The notes under the pieces: model-generated
What the model saw: the letters and a program-made list of their open reading frames with translations, nothing else
What the model was told of the DNA's origin: nothing
The model's database searches: none
From: Rubricoccaceae bacterium
Lineage (GTDB): Bacteria; Bacteroidota; Rhodothermia; Rhodothermales; Rubricoccaceae
Direction: 5' to 3'
NCBI GenBank assembly: GCA_031425425.1
Contig: JANPJI010000734.1
Span: 1-30,349 of the forward strand
Length of the DNA stretch: 30,349 nt
Position numbers and translations under genes: made by a program
Shown: positions 28,963-30,349 of the stretch, piece by piece
Numbering within the stretch: position 1 is the stretch's first letter
Layout of the letters: every line of letters begins with the position of its first letter

Positions 28963-29104
28963 GGGGAGGGAAGGAAAGGAGCCGTCCCAACCCGACACCG
29001 CGCGTTCGAGTTTCGAGCCGCGCCGCCGCACACGTGAAGACACCGTGGGGCACGAACCACGCGCCGCCTCGTCCGTGGGAAGCCGTCACCCTCCGATTTC
29101 GGCC

Positions 29105-29530
29105 ATGGCCCCGGCGACCGCAGGCGACACCGTCCACATCCACTACACCGGCACGCTCGCCGACGGGACCGAGTTCGACTCGTCGCGCGGCCGCGAGCCG
29201 CTCCGGTTCACGCTCGGCGCAGGCCAGGTCGTGCCCGGCTTTGACGCGGCCGTGGACGGGATGGAGGCGGAGCAGACGAAGACCGTCACGATCCCCGCCG
29301 CCGAGGCCTACGGCGCGCACGACCCCGAGAACACGCTCGTCGTGCCGGCGGCGGACCTGCCCGAGGGCGTCGCCGTGGGCGACCGCCTCGCGCTCGGCAC
29401 GCCCGACGGCGGGCAGGTGCCCGTCACGGTGACGGCGCTCGACGTCGACGGGGCGACGCTGGACGCCAACCACGAACTGGCGGGCCAGGCGCTGACGTTC
29501 GAGATCACGCTGGTGCGAGTCGGGGAGTAG
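29105..29530 (+). CDS. FKBP-type peptidyl-prolyl isomerase (SlyD/FkpB-like, no His-rich tail)
   Basis: GDTVHIHYTGTLADGTEFDSS, GQVVPGFD, AEAYG and LDANHELAGQALTFEI. Confidence 0.92.
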   Translation: MAPATAGDTVHIHYTGTLADGTEFDSSRGREPLRFTLGAGQVVPGFDAAVDGMEAEQTKTVTIPAAEAYGAHDPENTLVVPAADLPEGVAVGDRLALGTPDGGQVPVTVTALDVDGATLDANHELAGQALTFEITLVRVGE

Positions 29531-29628
29531 GAGAGGGGAACTGGCAGAAACGAGGAAAGAGGGTGGGATGGACGAAAATGCCCCCTCCGCCCTCTCCATC
29601 CCGTCCACACCTGCCTCTTCCAGTCCCG
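29531..29628. repeat. Purine-rich/pyrimidine-rich imperfect inverted repeat between convergent genes
   Basis: The left half has GGGAACTGG...GAGG...GGGATGGACG. The right half has CCATCCCGTCCA...CCTC...CCAGTCCC. Confidence 0.4.
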
Positions 29629-30348
29629 TCACACCGCGTTCCGCACCGCTTCGACGGCGGACTCGCTCTCCAGCGCCACCACGTTGCCGATGTCCTCGCC
29701 GAGGTGAGCGGCCCGCGCGACGCGGCGCATGATCTTGCCGTTGCGCGTCTTCGGGAGGGCCGTCGTGAACAGGACGGCCTTCGGGGCGAGCGCCTTGCCG
29801 AGCGCCCGCGCGAGCGCCGCGTGGAGGTCGGCGCGGAGCGCCTCGGTGGGGCTCAGGCCCGGCGCTAGGACGGCGAACGCCACGACGGCCTCGCCCTTGA
29901 CCACGTCCGGCACGCCCACGGCCGCGCTCTCGGCGACGGCCGGGTGCCCGTTCAGGACCGCCTCGACCTCGGCCGGCCCGAGGCGCTTGCCGGCCACCTT
30001 GATCGTGTCGTCGCTCCGGCCGAGGATGAACCACTGCCCGTCGGCGTCGACCGCCGCGAAGTCGCCGTGGGTCCACAGGCCCGCGCGCTGGCTCCAGTAG
30101 GCGTCGTGGTAGCGCGCCTCGCCCGAGCCCGGCGCGCCGTCCGCCCCGTCATGGAAGCCGCGCGTCATGCCGATCCACGGCTGCCGGACGACCAGCTCGC
30201 CGACCGCGCCGCGGACGCTCGCGCCAGCCACGTCGAGCACGTCGGCGTCCATCCCGACGACCGGGCCCGGGAAACCGCACGGCTTGACCGCCTCGACGAC
30301 GGTGCCGCAGACGATCCCGCCCGAGATCTCGGTTCCGCCCGAATAGTT
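29629..30348 (-). CDS. Acyl-CoA synthetase/AMP-binding enzyme (acetate-CoA ligase-like); 5' end lies outside the window
   Basis: NYSGGTEISGG, WTHGDFA, ILGRSDDTIKVAGKRLGPAEVE and LPKTRNGKIMRR. Confidence 0.9.
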   Translation of the reverse strand, partial: NYSGGTEISGGIVCGTVVEAVKPCGFPGPVVGMDADVLDVAGASVRGAVGELVVRQPWIGMTRGFHDGADGAPGSGEARYHDAYWSQRAGLWTHGDFAAVDADGQWFILGRSDDTIKVAGKRLGPAEVEAVLNGHPAVAESAAVGVPDVVKGEAVVAFAVLAPGLSPTEALRADLHAALARALGKALAPKAVLFTTALPKTRNGKIMRRVARAAHLGEDIGNVVALESESAVEAVRNAV

Positions 30349-30349
30349 G

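Overview
Very GC-rich bacterial chromosomal window, most likely Rhodothermota (Rubrivirga/Rubricoccus-like). This is an inference from a T9SS-type C-terminal domain, rpsF-rpsR-rplI without ssb, a Bacteroidota-like S18 C-terminus, TAnnTTTG-like promoter boxes and starts lacking Shine-Dalgarno sites. It is densely coding, with about 30 genes. In order: a partial YhaN/SbcC-like ATPase, an ABC-F ATPase, a frameshifted FG-GAP/T9SS protein, a DUF4139 protein, an orphan beta-barrel, two apparent pseudo-enzymes coupled to plsC, a YfhO-GT4-methyltransferase-GT4-Wzx glycan locus, a small bacterial microcompartment (BMC) shell operon (BMC-H, extended BMC-H, YbbR-like, EamA, DUF4230), S6/S18/L9, a stress/redox group (DsbD-N, CAP, rhodanese, nonsense-interrupted acyl-ACP thioesterase, glycine-zipper stress protein, OsmC, FKBP) and a partial acyl-CoA synthetase. 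I saw no tRNA, rRNA, CRISPR array or transposase. The main leads are: (1) a two-gene BMC shell module with no pentamer or cargo enzyme in the window, coupled to membrane proteins; (2) a translationally coupled pair of proteins that appear catalytically stripped; (3) a 3x7-bp repeat that appears to set the reading frame of a glycosyltransferase; (4) an S18 with a long N-terminal extension; (5) two different REP-type doublets flanking the ABC-F gene; (6) two single-base gene lesions. All family calls come from reading motifs by eye; no database search was run.
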